A DNA stretch of 64,000 nt, from positions 64,001 to 128,000 of IMG/VR virus record IMGVR_UViG_3300022689_000130; one strand, written 5' to 3'. Numbering within the stretch: the first letter of the stretch is position 1; the number at the start of each line of letters is the position of its first letter. Shown here piece after piece: positions 40,601-48,650 of the stretch. The DNA is from a virus. A program made the position numbers and the translations under genes. The notes under the pieces are model-generated. The model did not search any database and was not told where the DNA came from. It worked only from the letters and a program-made list of their open reading frames with translations.

Positions 40601-42376
40601 GAAAACGATCCTAATCTACAAATTCCTGAGTGGCTGCATGTAAGCTTGCGAGATAGTCTTGCGGGATTTGTACAAGACACCGTGCAGGAAACTTTTGAAT
40701 CATGGAACCCGGCAAAGACTTATTTTCCTCCTCAAATTGTCAAAAGCGGTAATGATCTATTCTATCGTTGTCACACTGAATCATTTAACAACGATCCTGA
40801 CGCAGACACAGACAATGATTTTTGGACCTTGCAAACAGTCGTGAACGAAAATCCAGACGGTGATTTTACAGGACAGAACACTGTTGAACTGTCAATGCCA
40901 CAACAGATTCCTGATTTGGATCTGCATCCATTCGTTCGTTATGGATTAGAGACACGTCCACATCAAACATGGTTTGAAAATATAGATCATGCTCGACGTG
41001 AATTAGTCAGTAAGATTAACGATCAAATTCTCTCAATCAACTTGGTCGATAGCGACATACCTTGGAGAGAAGAATTTGATCGCACATTCGATATGGGCAA
41101 CGGATTAATTTTTGACATAACCGATTATTGGAATTACACTGACTGGAATGCAGAAGGATTTAGTTACGATATTGGTACTGGTGATTACTTTGTCGAAAAT
41201 ACATCAGATCTAGCAGAACTTGTTCCAAACGAAGGAGAAATAGCACAAGTTGAAGTCAGTATGGATCAAGACGATCGAAACCGCCGCCAAGCTTATCAAT
41301 ATCAAGCTGGTGAATGGGTAATTGTGTTTAAGGAAAAAGCCACCATACAGTTCAATGAACTCTTATGGAATAATGAACTAGCCAATACAGGTTGGGATAT
41401 TGCGAAGTGGGATACTAATGGATGGGACTTGAATTCAAGTGGTGTTATTGTTGAAATTCTAGAAAGCTTCTATCGTGTAATTTGGACAGGTGAACGGGCC
41501 GGCCATTATGGAGACCTATGGATGCATATGGCTAAGCACGTTATTCGAGAGCAGGGAGAACCGGATTGGATCTTCAAAACCAGTTACTTTAACTTTATAG
41601 CACAGGATTCATTGGAAAAGCGTTTCAACAAATACTTTGAACAGAACATTGATCAGCTATTCGAATATATTAACACAGTGAAGCCTTTCCGAAGTAAATT
41701 ACGAGATGCTATCATTCGTAAAACAGCCGACGATTTCACCACCGTACAAACACTTGATACCCTAGAACTTCGAGTGCAGACAAATCCTGTTAACGAAACA
41801 GTAGACGATACCGAAACTCGTAGCTTCCGTATCAGTGTTAGTAGCGACAATCTCAATTATTCGAGCCAGATCGTTGACGAGCACAAAGTTCTACTCGCTA
41901 TGGATATCGGTGCAGAAGATGTAGTTATTCCGTATTTGCTAGATACCGGAACGATTCCAGAAACGTCGGGTGCAGTTTGGATTAATGGTGAGCGGATTGA
42001 ATATACCAATGTCGAAGCGCCGCCAGCGGCTGGAATCGGTGATGGCTTTAATTCAGGGTTCTCAAGCGGGTTTGGTGGCATTTCATTGTTGACTGGTATT
42101 ACTCGAGGAACACAGGGCACACTTGCGCGATCCCATCGTTATGCAGATATCATTGAAGACGAAACCAATCTTGAATTGATTGAAAATACTACATTGAGCG
42201 ATTGGGAGGATGCTCTCCGACCATCATGGGGTGAGTTAGGTGTTAGTATGCTAGACAACTCAGCCAATAGTGAACCAAACGCGATTACAATACGTGGTGA
42301 AGGTTTTGGAACCATTGAACCTGACGGTGAAATTTTAGCAGCACAGTTAAGTGCAAGAGCACAGAATGACAATTAA
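31628..42376 (+). CDS. giant (3582 aa) baseplate wedge/structural protein (gp7-position)
   Basis: Single long ORF after gp6; CBM5/12-like W....Y..G..V motifs, WDxxxWD repeats, C-terminal INGERIEY...L..I.RG..GT. Confidence 0.7.
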   Translation: MANKYRANPKDVKNFTQSSEIKLSQDFQDYSEFLPNVNRSESLQRFFGATVNQLLSSGSTQSIDTYWGRLAGRNYNPNSELFNPETDAIRLNYQFQPGTVSKSEGETQQTVSYINWLKRLESLGSDLNNHDRLFAEPGYVLDLPINADMFINYRNYYWIEGLIPVIEIEPTSADPIVLDDIVSQSQYTTPELSNHKEVTFVNGLLVKFTGPYVSSTSGNWFTDWTYYIENVGGADGIQLVPKFDAAGNDLFPSLTPYEVPIREGWDTVEWDTTAWDGTAPFASYDVNTTFERQDLNLNKSYIVMERWAADKNAWARSNKWFSIHALRQATEFNDLDLNAYLNVRTRADRPILEYRANMELFKHCKNYVETVDYAISLDQATEMLSGIDQFAIDDENVIQNGDIVLVAKINDDGPGPFSGAFSSAFNVGVQSVYFGDAFVVDGVGSNITLTPYASYSVDDYVIVGKGTERGAVYCLEQEGEGWKLSQNKLKAGTAPLFNLYDQDNHPLSDRTENDFAGDPVFRYKPNPNGAIDKELGFAPTFTEQGSFNNYDFEWTLSNTRYNENITVETSEEIRGYYFWRDHVRNEYFNGWSNIRGGQRVPIIQTILANGVDNPEFELGTDKVSYTTEYTIELNDDAYRFSEHSYIDVHPVGYANPEMIWKTDTVYTVNTLISDPTRMPVFLDAQGNPNAEIVVTVVSDVLAEITINDAYPFDKLRYQDPSDSTNFGEIFLSNTNQNRYTVQLNGQYLKEDVDYTFSGTKITVTAETQENDVLELMYVADADIQNVVYDVAPVHFFNSENRPFVGAGYDDLIKHFTRQLTALPGFEGDLGGINNYHNILRLHSYDGLIRQQIFQTKKAQYLIDQESINPIRALKSVSRDYDDFKTTFKNKVRQLWENESWENVRAIVDRAVSDINIGKNKEFKYAYSDMLYARRFQSFAYLIDKDSPALIYEVPETINCYGDKKNHLQIWIKEFDFALDQFIERPLVKGKDYIIEGNRIILQFVPDVGVRNVVNASDNVVNAAYNVIVGREIPGEEPTLVIRWYDYRQTSHVPFSAVKLGFFRPTCPEIIDGVLIGHDNSRYALTGTTIFDLDSPNFDIVAACLYDFELRIFNNLVDKHFVTPNFGFDMREFYPNPVGEFPYAIADLNSRLDDWYNRYAIRNGIDEIDTDDRYDAADQFTWNYSTVGPGLGSWRSLYVYNFGTDRPHTHPWEMLGHYVKPDWWDDNYSWDAGPRRDALINALKYGVTGNNLGPDYVNTKYARSQYDWTNDVLVTDDGSATLNPPVDANVVSAPTSQDASRPFVFGDWSDIEDEWRKSSDYLFALAEVFLQVRPYRTHELFWMLDRWNVNRAPTQEQWRNEDTCQRIGSTEIHNQLLTEGLVVGVRVREPGTGYSSLGLKFRPNHICYRNAEATAYVEAGQVSSVSITDPGRGFVSQPEVELTEPFGSEGVELEYIIDRNYHLTQLGFNSLPGEEFRVNVTDTNELATTLKQLDINYMLHVGGYTDKRILAIEADVNTGADSIRIPESSYDIFIDRNAPNTIAFYSGVRIEKLDVGYRVTGYNLDSQFFYYLKPSTAGKQVGVDIGNVTVTKYLNWRNEVARVPYRTIFRKRQELYDFLLGLGQYYETIGFSVKDQWDTEARAAIRWSLDSTQVDPFYANGIADTLVYRQGDQGVVQTIDVNYDGIPNVLDSDFKTIRRNEMLVLRNEDTTEMSLKSGDDRLFGVGVRVVEFEHVITFDNTSDFNDILYQPEIGVGQNRIRLIGERTRNWNGRIEAPGYIVRDRGLLLNIESSVREIENDWITSESKALERLTRQTIGFNVGYAKPTYMKDTFVGDRSAYNFEKGARKYKGTESALEAFTRNKNIFGSEFEHELYEDWMVRLGDYGDTSERNPLQFQVVHDKIKGDPQQFRFSDTFVSDKSDDLVIDLFKGGNEAISGNYSAPFSQYPVLRLDNQSINDLELLQEFTRDAGLPLVTEIDNFLGSIDDIEDIYDPTAPYALIPNWSESTAYVQGDLVRYFGRVYRLAVESTGLTNLNDDIVLRGTQIFPQVANGLTFIANGETVTFEKQETQVTFDQIVTNGTVTNPVVPSGDRLVIDGVNVDLINSVTTTTYADITILGNVSNPTIENEPGRQIIIGYADDISSPLTTVTVDFDEVDPTLTMQTILANALTTAGASNVIAQTNTRIAALEALRSAYVSANGVLGWQSFINDYYDSAPSPDRFVNPEYLGAQVAANLGAAWEAAARNLIDLDLNLLSDLGGTNTLDQADMVAGRGIGNFTGPQEIQFDADIIAANDLLDNVVTPNNQNENLADFVGFVENNGNTSIAAGQRITVTNPTEYVTDNITDITNKINAALALAGAPADISASPSGQIVTLVRENNLAGYRLGVVNDVDIGWSGANDVETQGSTVTEGQPLDLDLVVQRINQFSITGVTAQNINNRLRLTSTNQTLVLGNGTANSDLGLSSGSFQAVPNTTVVPVDLLIGDVVTQINNAEIENLVASQIGGALLLTFNGDSLEIGEGTANSVLGLQAGTFESFTDAVKNQFNEDDWTVVADPLNFNIWTIDNIGSNPIEPQTSINRYDVLQTLDFQIGVLEICAGEENGDDALVFCDTDHTLSVGDFVVIVNSTCIPSVDGIHRVTAIQNDQAFFIDRYIEQKGFTGKVFPLRSVRFPNSNLAFGAMFDTQYVQGNLGLPVGAYVYVDDLYNRAGDSRGFGAVFEVTRSSGQAGLVEVRQETGKTDNSEIRNGVLYSKESGETVIRHEVYDPLKGIIPGIAAAEIDIRSDNDFAYYNNSTDPEQELRNDISWGQLQVGTVWWDLSTAIYINYDQSTPEYRQEYWGELFPTASIDIYEWTKSPVTPEQYESAVQSGTIVDGVELTGQPYVIVNQFGEEQFNWSEEIEINPNTNQVETYFYFWVKNKTTTPTLERELSTIQIAEVIQDPTSQQIDWLAATSSNTLLVSSLGNASGYNDLVMQVNFDTDPGSYHQEYMLISENDPNLQIPEWLHVSLRDSLAGFVQDTVQETFESWNPAKTYFPPQIVKSGNDLFYRCHTESFNNDPDADTDNDFWTLQTVVNENPDGDFTGQNTVELSMPQQIPDLDLHPFVRYGLETRPHQTWFENIDHARRELVSKINDQILSINLVDSDIPWREEFDRTFDMGNGLIFDITDYWNYTDWNAEGFSYDIGTGDYFVENTSDLAELVPNEGEIAQVEVSMDQDDRNRRQAYQYQAGEWVIVFKEKATIQFNELLWNNELANTGWDIAKWDTNGWDLNSSGVIVEILESFYRVIWTGERAGHYGDLWMHMAKHVIREQGEPDWIFKTSYFNFIAQDSLEKRFNKYFEQNIDQLFEYINTVKPFRSKLRDAIIRKTADDFTTVQTLDTLELRVQTNPVNETVDDTETRSFRISVSSDNLNYSSQIVDEHKVLLAMDIGAEDVVIPYLLDTGTIPETSGAVWINGERIEYTNVEAPPAAGIGDGFNSGFSSGFGGISLLTGITRGTQGTLARSHRYADIIEDETNLELIENTTLSDWEDALRPSWGELGVSMLDNSANSEPNAITIRGEGFGTIEPDGEILAAQLSARAQNDN

Positions 42377-42414
42377 TTTTTACAATAAATAGTGTATATT
42401 CAAGAAAGATAAGA

Positions 42415-43044
42415 ATGGCCCAGATTAGTAGAACATATTTTAAAGCAAATACCATTGCATTGTATCCTGATAATTTAAGCGGTGAGATTTCACCAGCTGA
42501 TCTTCGTGAACAGATGGATAATCTTGCTGATAGCACTGGATTTTTGACAATCAAAATTGCGCCTCCAACTGTCACTGATGACAGCGCCGGCACTGCTGGT
42601 AATGGTAGTTTTGGTGTAGGTGATATTTGGGTTGATGAAACTGGAAATGCGGCTTATATTTGTGTTGATGCTACTGCCGGCGCCTCAGTCTGGAATAAAA
42701 TTACATCTCCTAGATCACCAGTTGATATAAATGTTCAATCTGCTAGTTATACATTAGCACTCATTCATGCCGGGTCGATTCAAGAAATCGACGCCCTCGC
42801 AGGACCGATAACAGTAACTATTCCGACAGATGCATCAGTTTCATTTCCGATCGGAACAGTAATCGATATTACCAATATTGATAATGCCAATGCTATCAGT
42901 ATTGCAGGCGATGTTGGAGTGACATTAAATGGTGTTTCTGCTGGTAGTGGTAATCTAAATGGAACACTTTATGAAAAAGTGTCGCTTTACAAACGTGCAA
43001 CCAATGAATGGGTTGCACAAGGTGCAATTGGAGTAGTGGCTTAA
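42415..43044 (+). CDS. short tail fibre/appendage protein
   Basis: N- and C-terminal domains paralogous to the next ORF; own late promoter at 42385-42391. Confidence 0.65.
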   Translation: MAQISRTYFKANTIALYPDNLSGEISPADLREQMDNLADSTGFLTIKIAPPTVTDDSAGTAGNGSFGVGDIWVDETGNAAYICVDATAGASVWNKITSPRSPVDINVQSASYTLALIHAGSIQEIDALAGPITVTIPTDASVSFPIGTVIDITNIDNANAISIAGDVGVTLNGVSAGSGNLNGTLYEKVSLYKRATNEWVAQGAIGVVA

Positions 43045-43106
43045 TGCAAGATAAAGGATTCTGGCTTTATTGACAAGGCACTATAAATATCGAGATAGGA
43101 TAACAC

Positions 43107-44417
43107 ATGACACAAGTTGATCGCACCACATTCAAAGATAGCACTGCAACTATGTATGCTGATAACTCCACTGGAAATATTGGAGCATCTGACTTGCGAT
43201 TTCAGATGAACAATATTGCAGATAGTGTAACGTTCAAGAGAACAGGAAAAATCACAGATCCAAATAACAACGACGATGATGTGAATACGAATGGTAACGG
43301 CACATTCGGGATCGGAGATATTTGGATAAACGAATCTACAAATAATGCATTTGTATGTACTGACAACACTACCGGCAATGCAGTTTGGATCAAAATGACT
43401 TTTACCGACTTGAGTCCTATATCTAGCGCATTTGGCCCTCTTGACGGACAGCTTGCCGTTTGGGACGGAAATGGGGCTGATACATTGCGTGGGTTTGCCA
43501 ATATTTTTTGGGACAACGATAATGGACTCTTGACAATTGACGGAAATTTAGAAATTACCGGAACAGTTGGAGGACGCGATATTGCTGTTGACGGAGCAAA
43601 ATTAGATGGGCTTCCGGCTGATGCAATCAATTCGGTTGCATTTGAAGCAGATGTGGTAGATGGTAGCGGCGCAGCAGGTTTTACTGCTACCAAACTCACT
43701 GTTGACGTTACTTCTCAAGACAGCGGCCTTACAATTGTCAATGACAGCGGAGACGCCAGATTGTCATTCAAAGCGAATGTAGTGGTTAGTGACACTGCAG
43801 ATCGTGCTCTAGATACCAACGATAATTTTACACATGTAAACAATGCCGGAGCGGCTGGTGCGGTTCGTTGGACACTGCCGACAATTACAAATGATGAAGA
43901 TCTAATTGTTACCTTTTTTAAGGTCGAAGACCAACCAATGGAATTGATTGGATCCAATACCGTTACAATAAACGGCAATACTGAAAATGGCGGCGGGGAA
44001 TCTTTGCTTACTATCTGCCCTACTCCACATAATAGTTTTGCAACAATTTTACGCACTGGTGTTAATACTTACCGTGTTTTTACCAGCCAGGATCCTGAAA
44101 TACAGTTCAGCACACAAACTGGTGCAGCTTACACTTTGACATTGACAGACCGCTATAAAATTATTACAATGAACGACCCTGGCGCAAACGTCCTAACTAT
44201 TCCAGACAATACAACTGTGCCTCTTCCAGTAGGTACTGAGATTCGTGTTATACAGATTGGCGCTGGAGTAACTAGTATAACAGCCAGTGCAGGTGTTGAT
44301 TTGAATAGCGTGACAGCAGGTAGCGGCGATATTCAAAAGCAATGGGGCGAAGTTCGCCTATACAAAACAGCAACAGATGAATGGTATGTGGCCGGCGATG
44401 TCGGGTTGGTAGCGTAA
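43107..44417 (+). CDS. tail fibre/appendage protein (paralog of 42415-43044)
   Basis: Shared DN..G.I...DLR.QM.N.ADS and F..GDIW..E....A..C.D.T.G..VW motifs; TATAAATA at 43082-43089. Confidence 0.7.
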   Translation: MTQVDRTTFKDSTATMYADNSTGNIGASDLRFQMNNIADSVTFKRTGKITDPNNNDDDVNTNGNGTFGIGDIWINESTNNAFVCTDNTTGNAVWIKMTFTDLSPISSAFGPLDGQLAVWDGNGADTLRGFANIFWDNDNGLLTIDGNLEITGTVGGRDIAVDGAKLDGLPADAINSVAFEADVVDGSGAAGFTATKLTVDVTSQDSGLTIVNDSGDARLSFKANVVVSDTADRALDTNDNFTHVNNAGAAGAVRWTLPTITNDEDLIVTFFKVEDQPMELIGSNTVTINGNTENGGGESLLTICPTPHNSFATILRTGVNTYRVFTSQDPEIQFSTQTGAAYTLTLTDRYKIITMNDPGANVLTIPDNTTVPLPVGTEIRVIQIGAGVTSITASAGVDLNSVTAGSGDIQKQWGEVRLYKTATDEWYVAGDVGLVA

Positions 44418-44455
44418 TTTTAGAATCATAAATATTAGAATGGGTAGAAAACCTT

Positions 44456-45031
44456 GTGGATCATTTAAAAGTAAGAATTGAAGGACATGTGTGCATACGT
44501 GATTTAGATTCTGGCGAAGTCATTTTGAATCGCCGCAATGCGATCCACCGTGAAAATATGAGTTTCGCGCTCGCTAGTGCTTTGGGTGATGTTACAAATA
44601 CTCGAAATACAAAAGGTTTTATCGATAGATTGGCTTTTGGAAACGGCGGGGTAGTTGTCGATGGTAGCGGAAATATCACATACAACACTGTCAATGTAGA
44701 TAATGTAACCGACGAGTTATACAATCAGACTTATAGTAAGCAGGTAAACTTCAGCGATGTTGAAGATGCCGGCAATAATATGGGAGTGGTGCACGAAGCA
44801 GGAACCACTTTCAGTGACATCGTTGTCACATGCACATTGGACTATGGTGAGCCTGTCGGGCAAGATCCATTGGATGACACTGCCAACCAAGAGGGTGAGT
44901 TTGTGTTTGATGAGATCGGTCTAGTGTCACAACAAGGTAGATTGCTAACACATTTAATCTTTCATCCTGTGCAAAAAAGCGCAAATAGAAAGATACAAGT
45001 GGTCTACACAGTAAGATTTTTGGTAGGATAA
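44456..45031 (+). CDS. baseplate/fibre attachment protein
   Basis: FDEIGL...LLTHLIFHPVQKS motif; start uncertain. Confidence 0.65.
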   Translation: MDHLKVRIEGHVCIRDLDSGEVILNRRNAIHRENMSFALASALGDVTNTRNTKGFIDRLAFGNGGVVVDGSGNITYNTVNVDNVTDELYNQTYSKQVNFSDVEDAGNNMGVVHEAGTTFSDIVVTCTLDYGEPVGQDPLDDTANQEGEFVFDEIGLVSQQGRLLTHLIFHPVQKSANRKIQVVYTVRFLVG

Positions 45032-45034
45032 TAT

Positions 45035-46105
45035 ATGGCATATACAGTAGATTTTACAGACGGAACCAAAACCGCCATTTCCGTATCAAATGGTGGAGTT
45101 GAGACTTCAACTAGCCTAGGTCTTGTCGGACGAGGTTTCAATGGTTACGGTGAAACCGTAGCTGAAAACTTCCTTCATTTGCTAGAAAACTTTGCGTCAG
45201 GTTCCGCGCCAAGCAAGCCGATTGAAGGACAGCTTTGGTACGACTCAGCTAACAACTCACTCAAGTATTTTGATGATACAGTAGAGAACAGCGGCAACTG
45301 GAAGCCAGTTGCTAGCATGACTGTGCAAGGCACTGCACCAACAACCGTTGGAGAAACTGATGGTCATTTTTGGCTCGATAGCGATACTGGTCTGCTATAT
45401 CTTTATTATAACGGTAGTTGGTTGAACATTGCAGATGCTTCAAGCGACACTCGTCTTGTGGCTCGGACACGATGGGATAACCTAGGTAGCAGCCATCGCA
45501 CTTTGGAAATGCTCGTAGCAGGAGAAATTGTAAGTATTGTGAGCAGTGATGATTCTTGGCAACCAGCTGATGTCACGGTTGGCGTTAATGGTCCTGAATA
45601 TTTGGAAGATGGTTCCACACTACTTTCAACACAATATCCAACCATCGGTAAGGGTATTACAATGACAAATCAATCAAACTATTTCTTTGCTGGCACCGCT
45701 TCCCGCGCGCAATATGCTGACCTTGCAGAACGTTATCATGCTGATCAGGTATATGAAGCAGGGACAGTTGTTAAAATTGGCGGCGTGAACGAAGTTACCC
45801 AGACTGACCAAGAGTTCTGCACAGATGTCTTTGGTGTTGTATCTGCAGAGCCTGCATTTGGTATGAACGCTGCCGCCGGAACGGATGAAACCCATCCGTT
45901 TGTCGCGCTCAGCGGACGACTACCAGTGAAGGTTATAGGAAAGGTAAGTAAAGGTGATCGTCTAGTGTCAAGTAATCTGCCAGGTCATGCAATGAGTACT
46001 GGTAATACAACTGGGTTTGACTGGCAATTTGTAATTGGACGAGCACTTGAAGATAAAGATACGGATGGACCAGGAACCATTGAAGTAGTAGTAGGAACAA
46101 AGTAA
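45035..46105 (+). CDS. baseplate/fibre protein with C-terminal intramolecular-chaperone (peptidase G2/IMC-like) domain
   Basis: ENFLHLLENFA...P..P.EGQLWYD N-terminus; ADLAERY...GTVV.IGG...GVVS..PA...VALSGR.PVKV.G...KGD.LVSS C-terminus. Confidence 0.75.
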   Translation: MAYTVDFTDGTKTAISVSNGGVETSTSLGLVGRGFNGYGETVAENFLHLLENFASGSAPSKPIEGQLWYDSANNSLKYFDDTVENSGNWKPVASMTVQGTAPTTVGETDGHFWLDSDTGLLYLYYNGSWLNIADASSDTRLVARTRWDNLGSSHRTLEMLVAGEIVSIVSSDDSWQPADVTVGVNGPEYLEDGSTLLSTQYPTIGKGITMTNQSNYFFAGTASRAQYADLAERYHADQVYEAGTVVKIGGVNEVTQTDQEFCTDVFGVVSAEPAFGMNAAAGTDETHPFVALSGRLPVKVIGKVSKGDRLVSSNLPGHAMSTGNTTGFDWQFVIGRALEDKDTDGPGTIEVVVGTK

Positions 46106-47353
46106 GTGAATCTAGTCCAAGGCGGTTTAATTGAAACAGCAGACTACAACGATATCGCGTTGGAGATCAATCGCCTATTCAGTGATAACACGGTTGGACT
46201 GGTGTATTCGACATCAGATCTATTGTTAAACACTACATTAGCATCGCCACTTGGTACGAATGTGCCGGTTGATCTTTCTAGTAATCCTCTTGAAACAGAT
46301 TTTTTAGTGGTAATTGTAGATACTGGCAGTGGCTTTGAAACCCTACAATCAAGCAACGGCGATTATACTATAAATTATATCGCAGATCCAGTAACTATTC
46401 AATTTCCTATCCTGTATGCAGCAGGCACGTCAATAAGAGTATATAATCGAACTGATCACCGTTATGGATGGGGACAGCAAGCAAGTGTCACACCAGTTGT
46501 AGTTGGTAATTTGGTTTATGCGGATGAGCCTGATTTGCAAGCATATATTGAAGCAAATACAAACAATTTGATCGACAAGATCAATATTGCTGAAGAACGA
46601 ATCGGAGGTCCAAGTGAGTTTAGTCGTATTTCTCCAAGCTCATTGATCCGTGCAACTGATATCACCAGTTTACGTGATGCAATTAATACCGAGATTCTTA
46701 CTCTCGATAACTATTGGAAGAACGTGATAGCAACAACAATCAATCCTGTCGAGAGTTTCACACGTGACCTCGATTGGGACAATATTTTGATTGGAGAAAT
46801 GCGTCATACATGGTCCAGTTATAACAGCATGAGATATTTCTTTAATAGTGGTGGCGAACTACGTGCCAACATTGCGCTTACAGGCGACCCAGACAATCAA
46901 GGATTTTACAACTGGAACTTAGTTGCCAATCAGATGGGCGAATTGATAGTTAATTTTGATACAACTTTTCAAAGTGGCACCGGCGGCATATCAGAGCAGA
47001 TCGGCGCATATGAGTTGACTGATACCTATCAATTACTATTCACATCAACTAGCCCATCTGCTCCTGTTGCACCCGGCGGAGAGTATGATGAATACAGCGA
47101 TTTTACCGATCTTGTAATTCGCTGGGAAGGACGAATCTTCGAAAACACACCGAGTGCAGGTGAGGTAAGTATCGATATTCGAGTTACGCTAGATGACGTA
47201 AACTTGAATACTACAACAGAAGGCACAACCACATATAACGGTGGTTACAAGATTGCTGATTCGATTACTGAAAACTCAGCTGTATTTGACATGACGTCAA
47301 ATGCACCAACCCTTAGCATATTGAATGATTTCGAAAGTGGTGATGACAGCTAA
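46106..47353 (+). CDS. virion structural protein
   Basis: GLI..ADYN and RYFFNSGG motifs; last gene of the structural block. Confidence 0.6.
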   Translation: MNLVQGGLIETADYNDIALEINRLFSDNTVGLVYSTSDLLLNTTLASPLGTNVPVDLSSNPLETDFLVVIVDTGSGFETLQSSNGDYTINYIADPVTIQFPILYAAGTSIRVYNRTDHRYGWGQQASVTPVVVGNLVYADEPDLQAYIEANTNNLIDKINIAEERIGGPSEFSRISPSSLIRATDITSLRDAINTEILTLDNYWKNVIATTINPVESFTRDLDWDNILIGEMRHTWSSYNSMRYFFNSGGELRANIALTGDPDNQGFYNWNLVANQMGELIVNFDTTFQSGTGGISEQIGAYELTDTYQLLFTSTSPSAPVAPGGEYDEYSDFTDLVIRWEGRIFENTPSAGEVSIDIRVTLDDVNLNTTTEGTTTYNGGYKIADSITENSAVFDMTSNAPTLSILNDFESGDDS

Positions 47354-47367
47354 CCCACAGATATCAT

Positions 47368-47396
47368 TTGACTTTGGCAACTAAATCAATTATCAT
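47368..47396 (+). promoter_or_regulatory. sigma70-type promoter heading the glycosyltransferase/radical SAM operon
   Basis: TTGACT-17 nt-TATCAT; AAGGAG RBS before 47425. Confidence 0.7.
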
Positions 47397-47424
47397 CTAA
47401 CTCACTATATCCTAAGGAGTCACT

Positions 47425-47772
47425 ATGGACGAAAGACTTGAACGCGCGCTAGCGTTTGGAAACTATCGTATTACGATAGAAAACCGACGTAAAGCTATTG
47501 TACGCCGGTTTGAAAATATGTTGACTGTGTATCATCATAATGGCATGTTCGTTGCTAATCAAGAAACTATTGCATTTGTTGACACATTGATTAGACAAAA
47601 TCATAAAGACGCTATTTTGCTTGATAGTAAAAACAACCCTATCGAAATCGATGATCTTGTTGCGTTTCGAGATGTGCTGTTTGATGCATATTTTGCAGCC
47701 ACCAACGAATACTTGACTGAAGTCAGGAAATTGAAAAAAGCGCGCGATGTGAAAAAAGCAATGGATTGGTGA
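47425..47772 (+). CDS. hypothetical protein
   Basis: 115 aa with a strong RBS. Confidence 0.75.
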   Translation: MDERLERALAFGNYRITIENRRKAIVRRFENMLTVYHHNGMFVANQETIAFVDTLIRQNHKDAILLDSKNNPIEIDDLVAFRDVLFDAYFAATNEYLTEVRKLKKARDVKKAMDW

Positions 47773-48650
47773 TCATGACCCGCGGTGTTGCATTCTTTGC
47801 TTACAATACAAGTCAAATAGATTACGTCAAGCTCGCCATTTTAGCGGCTAGATATTCTAAGAGACACATGCCCAGTCTTCCAACTTGCTTGATCACCGAT
47901 TCAGGATCATGGGACTGGTGTCAGCGCAGTTATAAAAAAGAAGTTGAGTTGGCATTTGATGAGATTACTCTGGCTGAGCCAGCTCAACAGAACAACAAAC
48001 GAGTGCATCATGACTCGCCCTACCATAAATTTGTTAGCGATTTCAAAAACGGAAACAAACATCGTGTATTCGAATACACCCCGTTTGATCAAACTTTATT
48101 GTTGGATATCGATTACATCATACAAAACAAGGATTTTGAATATGTGTTTGAAACCGATAATGCTGTTACATTGTTTCATAAGGCCGAATATCTTACTCGG
48201 AATTCTCCAGCACAGGCACAACGTTATTTAAACGATCAAGGTATCCCTATGCTCTGGAGCACAGTTGTCTATTTTGATCGTCGCAACCCAACAGCAAAAA
48301 TGTTTTTTGATCTCTGGGCTCACATTGGTGAAAACTACGATTTTTATAAATTTATCTACGGACTTCCTGGTAAATTATATCGCACAGATTTTTGTGTAAG
48401 TATTGCAACACACATTATGAATGGTATGGGGCCAGGAAGTGTGATTGACGAATTCCCCGGGCGCATGATTAACATGAGTCAGCATGATGATATCGTTAAA
48501 ATCAACGACGTCGACGATTGGATTTATATGGTGAACAATCGAGAAGAGCAGTGGAAAGATACACTCACCCGCATTGCGGGTGAAAACGTTCATGTCATGA
48601 ATAAGCGGTCGCTTGATCGGCATTGGGATGATTTAATGGAGAAATTATGA
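47766..48650 (+). CDS. GT-A fold glycosyltransferase-like protein (GT8-like)
   Basis: TPFDQTLLLDIDY DxD motif; N-terminal DY.KLA...A. Confidence 0.65.
   Translation: MVIMTRGVAFFAYNTSQIDYVKLAILAARYSKRHMPSLPTCLITDSGSWDWCQRSYKKEVELAFDEITLAEPAQQNNKRVHHDSPYHKFVSDFKNGNKHRVFEYTPFDQTLLLDIDYIIQNKDFEYVFETDNAVTLFHKAEYLTRNSPAQAQRYLNDQGIPMLWSTVVYFDRRNPTAKMFFDLWAHIGENYDFYKFIYGLPGKLYRTDFCVSIATHIMNGMGPGSVIDEFPGRMINMSQHDDIVKINDVDDWIYMVNNREEQWKDTLTRIAGENVHVMNKRSLDRHWDDLMEKL

Noticed and set aside
43070-43089. TTGACA followed by TATAAA as a sigma70 promoter
   Set aside because: The spacer is only 6 nt; TATAAATA is better read as a late promoter.
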